Positions 4,889 through 13,183 of a DNA stretch of 28,800 nucleotides are shown piece by piece. The position numbers and the translations under genes were made by a program. How positions within the stretch are numbered: position 1 is the first letter of the stretch; each line of letters opens with the position of its first letter. The stretch spans positions 1 through 28,800 of IMG/VR virus record IMGVR_UViG_3300048575_000179; one strand, 5' to 3'. The stretch comes from a virus (taxonomy: Duplodnaviria > Caudoviricetes). The notes under the pieces are model-generated. The model was not told the origin of the DNA. It did no database searches and saw nothing but the letters and a program-made list of their open reading frames with translations.

Positions 4889-6783
4889 GCGTTGCGCTCC
4901 ACGTTGATGGTCTGGCGCACCACCGGCATGGATGCCTTGATGCTGATGCCGCGCACCAGGCCGCGCCAGGTATGGCCGATGTCCGCCACCTCAATGAGGT
5001 AGCCCGGCAGCACCGGGCCGGGGTTGTTGCCGCCCGTCAGAAAAGGCAGCGTCATGCGGTGCGCGAGCTTGTTGCCGGCCGCGCCCAGCACCGCGATGCC
5101 GCGCTGGCGCGCCGCATCGGCATGGGTGATGAGCGCATCGGTGACCTGGGGCGCCAGCAGGTCGCCCGCGGTGCCCGCGCGGCGCACGTGGCCCAGCACG
5201 CCCTGGGCTTGGCCGCCCACGTACACCGCGTTGTATGCCGGGCGCGGATCGGGGTCGAGACCGTCCGTGGTGATGATGTCGGCAGGCATCTGCACGTCGG
5301 GCACGGCCGCCCCCCACTCCCATGGCAGTACTGGGTAGCGCGGCGCGAACACCAACTGCTGATCCGTGCGGTGGCTGCGCACCACGGCGCCCACGCTGTC
5401 GGCCACGCGCAGCGCGGCCTGCAGCGGCGTGCCCGTGTTGCTCCACGCGCCGGCTGGCACCAGCCAATCGGCAATGCCCCAGTCCAGCGTGGTGCCCGTG
5501 AACTCCAGCGCACCGGCCACAAGCTGCTGCGCCGTCTGCAAGCTTGTGCCAAGCCAGCTCTGCTGCGGCATGTAGGGCTCGCCCAGCAGTGCTGTGGCGC
5601 TGCGCCCCTGGATGGCGCAGCGGTGCCGGCCGAAGCTGCGGGTGCGGCCGATGCGCTCGACAGCAAACACCCAGTCGAAACCGTCGATCGTGACGCGGAT
5701 GCGCGCCGGCAAGCCGCCCACGGGGGCGAGCTGCTCCAGCAGGTGCTCGGGGCCGCTGGCGCTCAGGCTCCAGCCCATGCCGCCATCGTCGCTGTCGATC
5801 GTGACATCGAGCAACGTCACGGGCTCCAGGCTGGGCAGCAGCACGGCAGAGAGCTGGTGCATGCTCATGTAGACCTCCAAGACAGGAATAACAAAGCGCG
5901 GCGGTTGCGGCCCTGGGCCGCCACGCTGGCAAACAAAAACCACCCGCCCTGTGCCATCGGCCTGGGCGGTGAACACGATGCGCCCCAGCGTCGCAGGGTC
6001 GTAGCACGGCGGCTTGGGCGGAATGACTGGCCGCAGAGACACGCCTGCAGGCGGCGGCATCCCCTCCTGCCAGGGCGCCCGCCACCAGCGGTGCAGCGCC
6101 AGTGCGCTCTGGTGGCAGCCCTGGTAGCCCAGGCGCAGTACATGCCCGGCCTGCCAGGGCGCGGCGCGCCAGACGCGCGCCAGGCGGTTGCCGTCCTGGT
6201 GCCCGAAGCCCACCGGCATGTGCCTGCGCAGGCCCTCCTGCCATCCGGCCAGAAGAGGCGTCAGTGCCATAGACAACGCCTGCTGGTGCGGCCAGGCCGC
6301 GCCCTGCTGGCAGCCCTGGGCGGCCTGCCAGGGCGCCACGCCCTGCAGCGGCTGCGCATCCAGCACCGCAGGCAGCGGGTGCGCCACCTGCGCCGCGCCA
6401 TCCGTGCCGCGCTGCCAGCGCGTCTGCGCAGCAACGGGCTGGGCGGCCGTCGCCTGGTGCGTGGGGCTGGCCTGCGCGCCGTCGCCCGCAGCGGCCACCT
6501 GCCAGGCCGCCCCGGCCGCAGCCACCGTAGGGCGCTGTGTGTTGCTCTTGTACCGCAGCCCGCCCGCGCGCACGCCCAGGCCAGGCAGGGCCGCCGTAGC
6601 CGCCACGGCCACCGCGCAGCGCAGCAGGCCCGCCCGCACGCCCAGGCCGGGCAGCGTGGGCGCGCCAGTGATCAGCACATCCGGCAGCGCCGGTGCTCCC
6701 CCGTCATCGTCGCCAAGCACCAGCTTGCCGCGCCGCTCGATCTGCGGGCCGAGGACAAGGCGCGCGTGCTGGATATCGCCCAT
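4885..6783 (-). CDS. Tail tip/hub-like virion protein (632 aa)
   Basis: Long ORF in the tail module. C-terminal half has baseplate-hub-like motifs (YNAVYVGG, R.GTAGD..AP..TDALIT). Confidence 0.7.
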   Translation of the reverse strand: MGDIQHARLVLGPQIERRGKLVLGDDDGGAPALPDVLITGAPTLPGLGVRAGLLRCAVAVAATAALPGLGVRAGGLRYKSNTQRPTVAAAGAAWQVAAAGDGAQASPTHQATAAQPVAAQTRWQRGTDGAAQVAHPLPAVLDAQPLQGVAPWQAAQGCQQGAAWPHQQALSMALTPLLAGWQEGLRRHMPVGFGHQDGNRLARVWRAAPWQAGHVLRLGYQGCHQSALALHRWWRAPWQEGMPPPAGVSLRPVIPPKPPCYDPATLGRIVFTAQADGTGRVVFVCQRGGPGPQPPRFVIPVLEVYMSMHQLSAVLLPSLEPVTLLDVTIDSDDGGMGWSLSASGPEHLLEQLAPVGGLPARIRVTIDGFDWVFAVERIGRTRSFGRHRCAIQGRSATALLGEPYMPQQSWLGTSLQTAQQLVAGALEFTGTTLDWGIADWLVPAGAWSNTGTPLQAALRVADSVGAVVRSHRTDQQLVFAPRYPVLPWEWGAAVPDVQMPADIITTDGLDPDPRPAYNAVYVGGQAQGVLGHVRRAGTAGDLLAPQVTDALITHADAARQRGIAVLGAAGNKLAHRMTLPFLTGGNNPGPVLPGYLIEVADIGHTWRGLVRGISIKASMPVVRQTINVERNA

Positions 6784-6785
6784 GG

Positions 6786-7166
6786 TCAGCCGATCACAAC
6801 GCCCTGCGGCAGCACCTGCGCGCCCGCATAGATCTGCGTGCCGCTGGTGCCCACCAGCTCGAAGTCACCGCCGCCGCCCGCCGCGGTCACCGTGCCGCTG
6901 GCAATGGGCGCGCCATGGCCATCACACCAGTCCAGGCGCACCGCCACGCCGCTGGCCACGGCGATCTCCGGCTCCAGCGCGGGCTGGAGCAGGATGGCGC
7001 CATCGGCCAGCAGCGTGCCACACGGCTTGGCCAGCAGGCAAGTACCCAGCAGCGTGCCCGCGTCGTCGTACAGGCGCAGGCCGGCTGCGCCCGGCCCGGC
7101 GTCTGCCAAGGCAATGCTCGCGGCATTGCGCGCGGCGTGGTGATCGAGGGTGATCTGCAGCGTCAT
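6786..7166 (-). CDS. Virion structural protein (126 aa)
   Basis: MTLQITLDHHAARNAA...; ATGA overlap at 7163-7166; tail module position. Confidence 0.7.
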   Translation of the reverse strand: MTLQITLDHHAARNAASIALADAGPGAAGLRLYDDAGTLLGTCLLAKPCGTLLADGAILLQPALEPEIAVASGVAVRLDWCDGHGAPIASGTVTAAGGGGDFELVGTSGTQIYAGAQVLPQGVVIG

Positions 7167-7927
7167 GGCGCATCCGGCGGCACGCCGGTCAGCGTGGCCA
7201 CCACCGGACCAGCAGCGGCCGTCTTGTGGTTGCCCCAGGGGTCGATACCCACGGCGATGTAGGCAACGCCAAGCTCCAGGCCCTCGGCGCGGTAATGGCC
7301 CTGGGCGTCGCTCCACCCCTCCCATGCTTTAAAGCCGTCCGCAGCGCGCAGCAGCCACACCCGGCCGCTCTCAAACGGCGCCTCGGGCGACGACGCCGAG
7401 GACTTGAACATCACGCGGTCGGCGATCACGCCCGACGTCACCCGCGCATGCCGCATGTCTTGATACAACCGTCCAGGCAACGGCAGCGATCCCACGCTGA
7501 CGGCGGCCCGGTCATAGACCGCGATCAATATGTCCCCGCTCGTTGTGAAGGTACCGCTCACAAGGGGCAGGATGTAAGCCGTCTCCGGGCTCCATGACGC
7601 GCCGCCATCATCCGAGCGGCTCAGCCGGATGTCCAGTGGATCACGCGGTAAATAGGCGCTTGAACCGCCAAGCCGCAAGCGCACGTAGCGCACCTCCCCA
7701 GGATTGGGCAGGCTGTACCAGATGCTCGCGGGCAGCCCGCTCGACTGCCACGACGTTGCCCCGCTGCGGTCAAACGCGAGGGTGGCATTTCCGCTGCTCG
7801 CGCCAGGCGTGCCCCCCACGGACAGATCGGCCTGGGATGCGTCCAGGAAGTACAGCTCGTTGAGCTGGACGGCGCTGCCGCCCACGCTGCCGGAGATCGT
7901 GAGCCGCCATGCGGCATGCGCGCTCAT
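7163..7927 (-). CDS. Putative receptor-binding/tail fibre protein with discoidin (F5/8 type C)-like domain (254 aa)
   Basis: AWRLTI...QLNEL.F, AFD..ATSW, VRYVRL and S.SDDG.SW motifs. The C-terminus resembles a carboxypeptidase-regulatory-like fold (WSDAQGHYR..GL). ATGA start at 7927. Confidence 0.65.
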   Translation of the reverse strand: MSAHAAWRLTISGSVGGSAVQLNELYFLDASQADLSVGGTPGASSGNATLAFDRSGATSWQSSGLPASIWYSLPNPGEVRYVRLRLGGSSAYLPRDPLDIRLSRSDDGGASWSPETAYILPLVSGTFTTSGDILIAVYDRAAVSVGSLPLPGRLYQDMRHARVTSGVIADRVMFKSSASSPEAPFESGRVWLLRAADGFKAWEGWSDAQGHYRAEGLELGVAYIAVGIDPWGNHKTAAAGPVVATLTGVPPDAP

Positions 7928-9111
7928 AGATCCCTCCACGGGCCCGTGATGTCCACGAAGCCGATACCGTCACGCCGGTAGTAGTAGTAGCCCGGCGCCA
8001 CAGCCATCATCCGGCGCCCCGCGAACTCACCGCCGCCGTCGATCACGTCAAACGCCTTGAAGAGATTGATCAGCCCGGACTGCGGCACATAGGCCACACC
8101 GGGGATGATCGAGCGCGGCACGCCGCTGGCCTGCTCGACCAGCATCATCCGCGAGAGCTTGATCTGCCCATCGATGGCGGATGGCGCGGCACCGAAGTGC
8201 GCATCGGCGCCCGACAGCGTATTGCGCGTGCCAGAGGCTGGAACAGGCTTGGTCCAGATCGCAGTGCCAAGCCCCGTCGCCGCGCGCGGCGATGCGCAAA
8301 ACCCGGAATTGCTGGAGTCAGCTGTCGTGCCGACAAGCGTACCGATGGCGAGGTTGCTGTCCCCACCGGCGCCCGCCGCTGACAATACGGTCCCCCAGGC
8401 ATCACCCCCCGGCGCGAGCGCGATGGGCGTGCCGAACCCGCGCAAGTTCACGCTTTGCGGCACCGACTGCTCCCCGAGGGTCATCATGCCGTTGAGCAGC
8501 AACAACGGATCGGCTGCGAACATGTACGGTATCGCAGTGGTGCCAGAGTACAGCGTCCGCCGCCAGCTGCCGCCCCCGGAGATCATTGCCGCAGTGGGAA
8601 ACATCCCATCCCCGGTGTGCGCATCCGTCATCGACTCATAGCCGACGACGCGCGGCGTCGTCGCCGAGGTGTCGTCAATGCGCAGCACATGTCCGGCAGA
8701 GCGTGGATGGGTGCTGCGGTAGCACGCGATGTTCGTGGCCGAGAAGGGCTTGTCCCACGAGGCCGCAGGGGCGTACTTGATGCCGACCGCGCCGCTGTAG
8801 CTGCCGTCGCCCGCGCCGGTGGCGAACGTCATGGTGTAGGTGCTGCTGGTCAGCACTCTGGCGCGGCCGTTGATCGCGCCGGGCGTGGCGCCGCTGATCT
8901 CGATGACAGCGCCCACCTCCCACGACGTTGCGCTACCGAAAGTGGCTGTGGCAATGCCGCCCACTACCTCCAGCGTAGCAGCCGGGGCCAGGCCCCAGCC
9001 GTTGATGAGCAGCGCATCAAGTACGGCCAGCAGGCTGCCAGCGGTGCCTGTGATCGCGGGCGCGCCGCGCATTGTGTTGGTGATGTAGCTGACGCTGTAG
9101 CTGTCGGGCAC
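7924..9111 (-). CDS. Tail fibre/virion structural protein (395 aa)
   Basis: GTG start with an AAGGAG SD. N-terminal MRGAP.ITGTAGSLLAVLDALL.NGWG motif of phage tail proteins, and G/S/T-rich body. Confidence 0.7.
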   Translation of the reverse strand: MPDSYSVSYITNTMRGAPAITGTAGSLLAVLDALLINGWGLAPAATLEVVGGIATATFGSATSWEVGAVIEISGATPGAINGRARVLTSSTYTMTFATGAGDGSYSGAVGIKYAPAASWDKPFSATNIACYRSTHPRSAGHVLRIDDTSATTPRVVGYESMTDAHTGDGMFPTAAMISGGGSWRRTLYSGTTAIPYMFAADPLLLLNGMMTLGEQSVPQSVNLRGFGTPIALAPGGDAWGTVLSAAGAGGDSNLAIGTLVGTTADSSNSGFCASPRAATGLGTAIWTKPVPASGTRNTLSGADAHFGAAPSAIDGQIKLSRMMLVEQASGVPRSIIPGVAYVPQSGLINLFKAFDVIDGGGEFAGRRMMAVAPGYYYYRRDGIGFVDITGPWRDL

Positions 9112-9132
9112 TCGAAACTCCTTTGAATAAAA

Positions 9133-12100
9133 TCAGGCGGGTGCATCCACATCGCCGCGCACCAGCAGGGTGAAGCTGTCGTCGGGCACGGTCTCCGGCC
9201 CTTGCTGCACTGTGCGCACGCACCACAGCGGGATCTGCGCGCTCACGGTGTTGAGGCGCAGGCAGTTGCCCGCTGCCCAGCCCGCCCCCCAGCCCAGCGG
9301 GTCGATCACGAGATACGGCACGCCCACAGCCGGGTTGATCGGCGCGCACACCGCGCTGGTGCTACCTGTGTCAACTTGACCCACGTGCTCGCCGATCACA
9401 TCGAAGGTGGTCGTGGTGGTGAAGCGCAGCAGCCAGCGCTCGGTGATCGCGCCCCGATTGGTGACCCGAATGGGGTACTGCGCGGCGTCGTATTTGGCCA
9501 GGGGCTTCGTACCGTCGAGCGTGTCCTGCCACTTGCCGTTCCAGGTCTGCTGGCTGAACAGCAGGGACACGCGCGCGAAGATGTCACCCGCTACCAGCGC
9601 GCTGCTCACGTAGCTGCCCTGTGCCGCGTAGTCGTGCGTGAGCGGGCGCGTGAACGTCAGCCCCCCGGTGATCTGCACGTCGCGCACCACAACCATGTCC
9701 TCGATGCGGTGCTCCACCGTCACCGGCTGGCTGTAGCCGGTCACATCGGTAAACGTCACAAGGCCAGTTTCCAGGTTGGCGCTGTACCCGGTGTGGATCA
9801 CCACGCCGTCATGGCCCACGACACGCACGCGCGACAGGCGCGTGCGGGCGCAGTTGATGGTCTGGCCGTTGCTCACCACGGCCGTGACCCGGCCCGTGTG
9901 GCCGACGACGACAAAGCCGCCCGCACGGAAGATGGGCACGCGCCCGTCGCTGGGCAGTCGCACAGGGTCCAGGCCCAGCAGGTCGGCGTCCAGCGGCAGG
10001 TAGCTGTAGGCCACGGCCGTGTAGCGCACGGTGCTGGTGGCCACCGGCGCGGGCCTGAAAATCTTGCCCTCGGCGTCCACGGCGCTCGCGTGAAACCACG
10101 GCTCACCCTCATGGCCCGCCGCCACCACGCGCTCACCGAAGCGCAGCTTGCCCAGGCCGGTCTGGTGATCGACCGTGCCCAGCACGCCCGCAGCAGTGAT
10201 ATCGCCATTCGTCTGCGCCGTCACGGTCTGCACGCCGCCGCCCACGCGCGCGAATTGAATCGACAGCGAGCCGGGGCGCAGCGGCGCACTGGCCGTGCGA
10301 AAGATGTACTCGCTGCTGATCTGCTCGCCCGCCGTGGTGACGCAGCCCAGGCGCAGGAAGTTGTTTTGCTTGCCGGGCTCCCAGCTCGCTAGCGTGGCGC
10401 GGCCGGTGAGGTAGTCCAGCGCGCCACGGGTGAGCCAGCCCGAGCCATCGGCCTTGCGCTGGCGCAGCACGCCGGTGCCGCTGTCCACCCACACGTTGGC
10501 CCAGCTCGTGTACTGCCAGGTGCCATTGACAAGGGCGCCCGGCTCGGCCGCCAGCGTGACGCTGCCCGGCACCACGGCCGCGCGCACGTCGGGCACGAGC
10601 TGGAGCGTGGGCGCGAAGGCGATGGTTTCGCTCTGCGCGCTGGTGCTGCCGGGCGCGTTGTAGGAGAGCTTGACGTAGCCCGATTCGTCGTTCGGGTACA
10701 GGCTGGGCGCGTCGATGTACTCGATGCCGCTGTAGTTGAGCCGAAAGCGCCCTGTGCCCGTGGCCTGGGAGCTGTAGAGGGGGCGGGGGATTTTGACTGT
10801 GACGTCGGTGGCGAACTCCACCGCGCCCGTGGCGTAGTGCACCGTGCCCACCACCGCATCGCCGCGCAGCAGCAGGCCATTGCCATCGTCGCGCGCGTAC
10901 TGCGTGGGATCGACCGAGGTCGCCCAGGGGATGCCCATCTCATTGAGCTGGCGGGCGGTGTACACGTCCAGCACCGCCTCATCGGTCAGCGTGGGCCACT
11001 CCACCTGCAGGCTGCCTGGCGCAATGGCGCCCAGGCTGGCGGCCACCGTCACCCGGCCTGCCCCGTTGCGCGAGGGGTGGGCGAAGTTGTCGATCTGCTT
11101 CGGCCCGGCCACGTACTCCACGGTGATCTCGGCGCCAATGGGCGGCAGCACAGCGGGCACGAAGTCCACGGCATCGGCGCCCGTCCACAGGCGGCCCGTG
11201 GCGTCGCCCGTGAGCAGGCCACTCGCCCCGGCGCTGGCCGTGTGGTGGCCGCTGCCGTCCGCCTTGGGCCATGCCAGCGTCAGCGTGCCCGGCTGCACGG
11301 CCTGGCCGTAGGCCGGGGCGAGTTGCAGGCGCTGGCTGGCCTTGATCCAGGCGGCCGGGTGCAGCGTCTCCTGCGTGGGCACACCCCATGCGATGACGAT
11401 GGCGCTGCCCACGTCCGGCAGCGCGCCCAGGGTGACGACGTAGCTGCCCGTGTCGGGATTGATGGTGCCCGCGCCGTAGGCCGCGTCACCCCCCCTGAGC
11501 TGGCCATCGCCGCCGTCTTGCAGCACGTACCAGCGGCCCTGGGCCATGTAGCTGATGCTGAGGGTGGCGCGCTCGGGCAAGGGGTCGATGAAGCCGACGT
11601 AGCTGAGACTGCGGCTCTCAGGCGTGACGTCGATGCAGGTGCTCTGCGGCGCGCGCAGCAACTGCGCGGCCGGGATGTAGCTGATGGTCTTGAGGCCGTC
11701 CACGCTGCCCGCGTTGAGTGTCAGCAGGCCGCCCGCGTAGTCGATGGCGCCCAGGGTGCCGCTGGGGGTCTTGAGCACGCCCGCCGCGTCGGTGATGGTG
11801 CTGCCGCTGGCCTGCACCGTCAGGCTGCCGGGCAGCACCCCGCCGGGCAGTTGCAGGGCCGTGTTGACGCTCCATGCCACACTGGTCTGGATTTGCACGC
11901 GCGCGCCAGCACGGATGGGCAGGCCCGCCGCCGCATAAGGCTGCTGCGCGGTGATAGGCGCCTCGGCCTGGGCGCTGGGCACGAGCTGGGTGTAGATGCT
12001 GTCCGCGCGCAACGTGAAGTCTCCCAGCGCGGCAGACTGCGCCAGCGGCACGCAGCCGACGTAGGCACCGGCATCGGCCACGATGGTCTCGCGCACGGTG

Positions 12101-12762
12101 GCCGTGTGTGCATCAGCCGCGAACAGGCGGTTCGGTGCGCTGCCGCGCCATGGGTAGCGCAGCGCATCCGACAGGGTCAGGCTCAGGATCCGCGCCGCGT
12201 ATTCGCGCGACGTGCTGCCGTCCATCCAGGTGTACTGGCGCAGCACGCTCTCCACGCCGATCACGCGCACGTATTGTTCCTGGTAGGTCGCCAGGTTCTC
12301 GTCCTGCACCAGGCACAGGGCCGTGCCCACGGGCGGTGCCTCCCACTCGGGGCGGTAAAAGAGCTGGATGACGCGCTGGCCCGCGATATGGTTCTCCAGC
12401 AGGAAACCCGGCAGGGCGGCGCCCCGGAACAGGTAGCTCTCCATGCGCTTTTGCGCGCTGGCGCGTTCCTCGAAGGCGTCCAGCGCCTTGAACAGGGTGA
12501 CCGACACGCGCGGGTCTTGCGGCGGCTCTGCGACGATCACGTTGGCGCCAAAATAAGTATCGGTGTCGTCGGTGCGCACGGCGGCGAACACCTTGCGCAG
12601 TGCCACGCGCCCGCCCGCGCGGTCGAGTTCGGAGATGTCGGGCACGATGGCATTGCTCACGCCATCGGCGATCACGAGGCCCGTGGGCGCACCGCCGCCT
12701 TCGGGCACGTCGGCCATGACGGCGGATTTGAGGAGGGCGATGTCGCCGGTGTGGATGGGCAT
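9133..12762 (-). CDS. Large tail tip protein (1209 aa)
   Basis: Starts MPIHTGDIALLKS (ATG 12762). Repeated PGSL/PGTL and G.IDY.TG motifs. Second gene after the tape measure. Confidence 0.75.
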   Translation of the reverse strand: MPIHTGDIALLKSAVMADVPEGGGAPTGLVIADGVSNAIVPDISELDRAGGRVALRKVFAAVRTDDTDTYFGANVIVAEPPQDPRVSVTLFKALDAFEERASAQKRMESYLFRGAALPGFLLENHIAGQRVIQLFYRPEWEAPPVGTALCLVQDENLATYQEQYVRVIGVESVLRQYTWMDGSTSREYAARILSLTLSDALRYPWRGSAPNRLFAADAHTATVRETIVADAGAYVGCVPLAQSAALGDFTLRADSIYTQLVPSAQAEAPITAQQPYAAAGLPIRAGARVQIQTSVAWSVNTALQLPGGVLPGSLTVQASGSTITDAAGVLKTPSGTLGAIDYAGGLLTLNAGSVDGLKTISYIPAAQLLRAPQSTCIDVTPESRSLSYVGFIDPLPERATLSISYMAQGRWYVLQDGGDGQLRGGDAAYGAGTINPDTGSYVVTLGALPDVGSAIVIAWGVPTQETLHPAAWIKASQRLQLAPAYGQAVQPGTLTLAWPKADGSGHHTASAGASGLLTGDATGRLWTGADAVDFVPAVLPPIGAEITVEYVAGPKQIDNFAHPSRNGAGRVTVAASLGAIAPGSLQVEWPTLTDEAVLDVYTARQLNEMGIPWATSVDPTQYARDDGNGLLLRGDAVVGTVHYATGAVEFATDVTVKIPRPLYSSQATGTGRFRLNYSGIEYIDAPSLYPNDESGYVKLSYNAPGSTSAQSETIAFAPTLQLVPDVRAAVVPGSVTLAAEPGALVNGTWQYTSWANVWVDSGTGVLRQRKADGSGWLTRGALDYLTGRATLASWEPGKQNNFLRLGCVTTAGEQISSEYIFRTASAPLRPGSLSIQFARVGGGVQTVTAQTNGDITAAGVLGTVDHQTGLGKLRFGERVVAAGHEGEPWFHASAVDAEGKIFRPAPVATSTVRYTAVAYSYLPLDADLLGLDPVRLPSDGRVPIFRAGGFVVVGHTGRVTAVVSNGQTINCARTRLSRVRVVGHDGVVIHTGYSANLETGLVTFTDVTGYSQPVTVEHRIEDMVVVRDVQITGGLTFTRPLTHDYAAQGSYVSSALVAGDIFARVSLLFSQQTWNGKWQDTLDGTKPLAKYDAAQYPIRVTNRGAITERWLLRFTTTTTFDVIGEHVGQVDTGSTSAVCAPINPAVGVPYLVIDPLGWGAGWAAGNCLRLNTVSAQIPLWCVRTVQQGPETVPDDSFTLLVRGDVDAPA

Positions 12763-12763
12763 A

Positions 12764-13183
12764 TCAATCTTCCGTGAATCGCAGCACGAGACTGCGGTAG
12801 TAGTCGCTATCGATCTTGTCGGAGTAGTCGATGACAGGCTCTGCAGAGAGCCCTTTTGCCTCGCCCTCGCTGCCCTGCACAAATTTCACGCTGCGTACTT
12901 CGCCGTGCAGAAAGAGCGAGAGAGATAGACGCGGGACACCCGCCCAAACGTGCAGCACACGAAAGTCTCTGCGGGTGATGTAGGCTGTGATGTCCTCCCC
13001 ATTAAGGGTGATGGGCCTACCGCCTTTGAGAAGCTGCGCGTCAATCACGCGCGCGCCAGTAATAGACCGCTCCTCGGACTGCGCGACAGGGGTCCACGCG
13101 AATTCATCCGACCAGATCAAATCAGGAGGCAAGGCAATGCTCTCGCCTGTATCCAAGCGAGTCAGCGTGATGACGTTGTCCAC
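12764..13183 (-). CDS. Distal-tail-like minor tail protein (139 aa)
   Basis: LPPDLIWSDEFAWTPVAQS..RSITGA..GRPITL. Immediately follows the tape measure gene. Confidence 0.7.
   Translation of the reverse strand: MDNVITLTRLDTGESIALPPDLIWSDEFAWTPVAQSEERSITGARVIDAQLLKGGRPITLNGEDITAYITRRDFRVLHVWAGVPRLSLSLFLHGEVRSVKFVQGSEGEAKGLSAEPVIDYSDKIDSDYYRSLVLRFTED

Noticed and set aside
7930-8010. YYYY...GIGF end of the 395-aa tail protein as a possible DGR variable region
   Set aside because: No second copy (template repeat) or reverse transcriptase is visible in the window.
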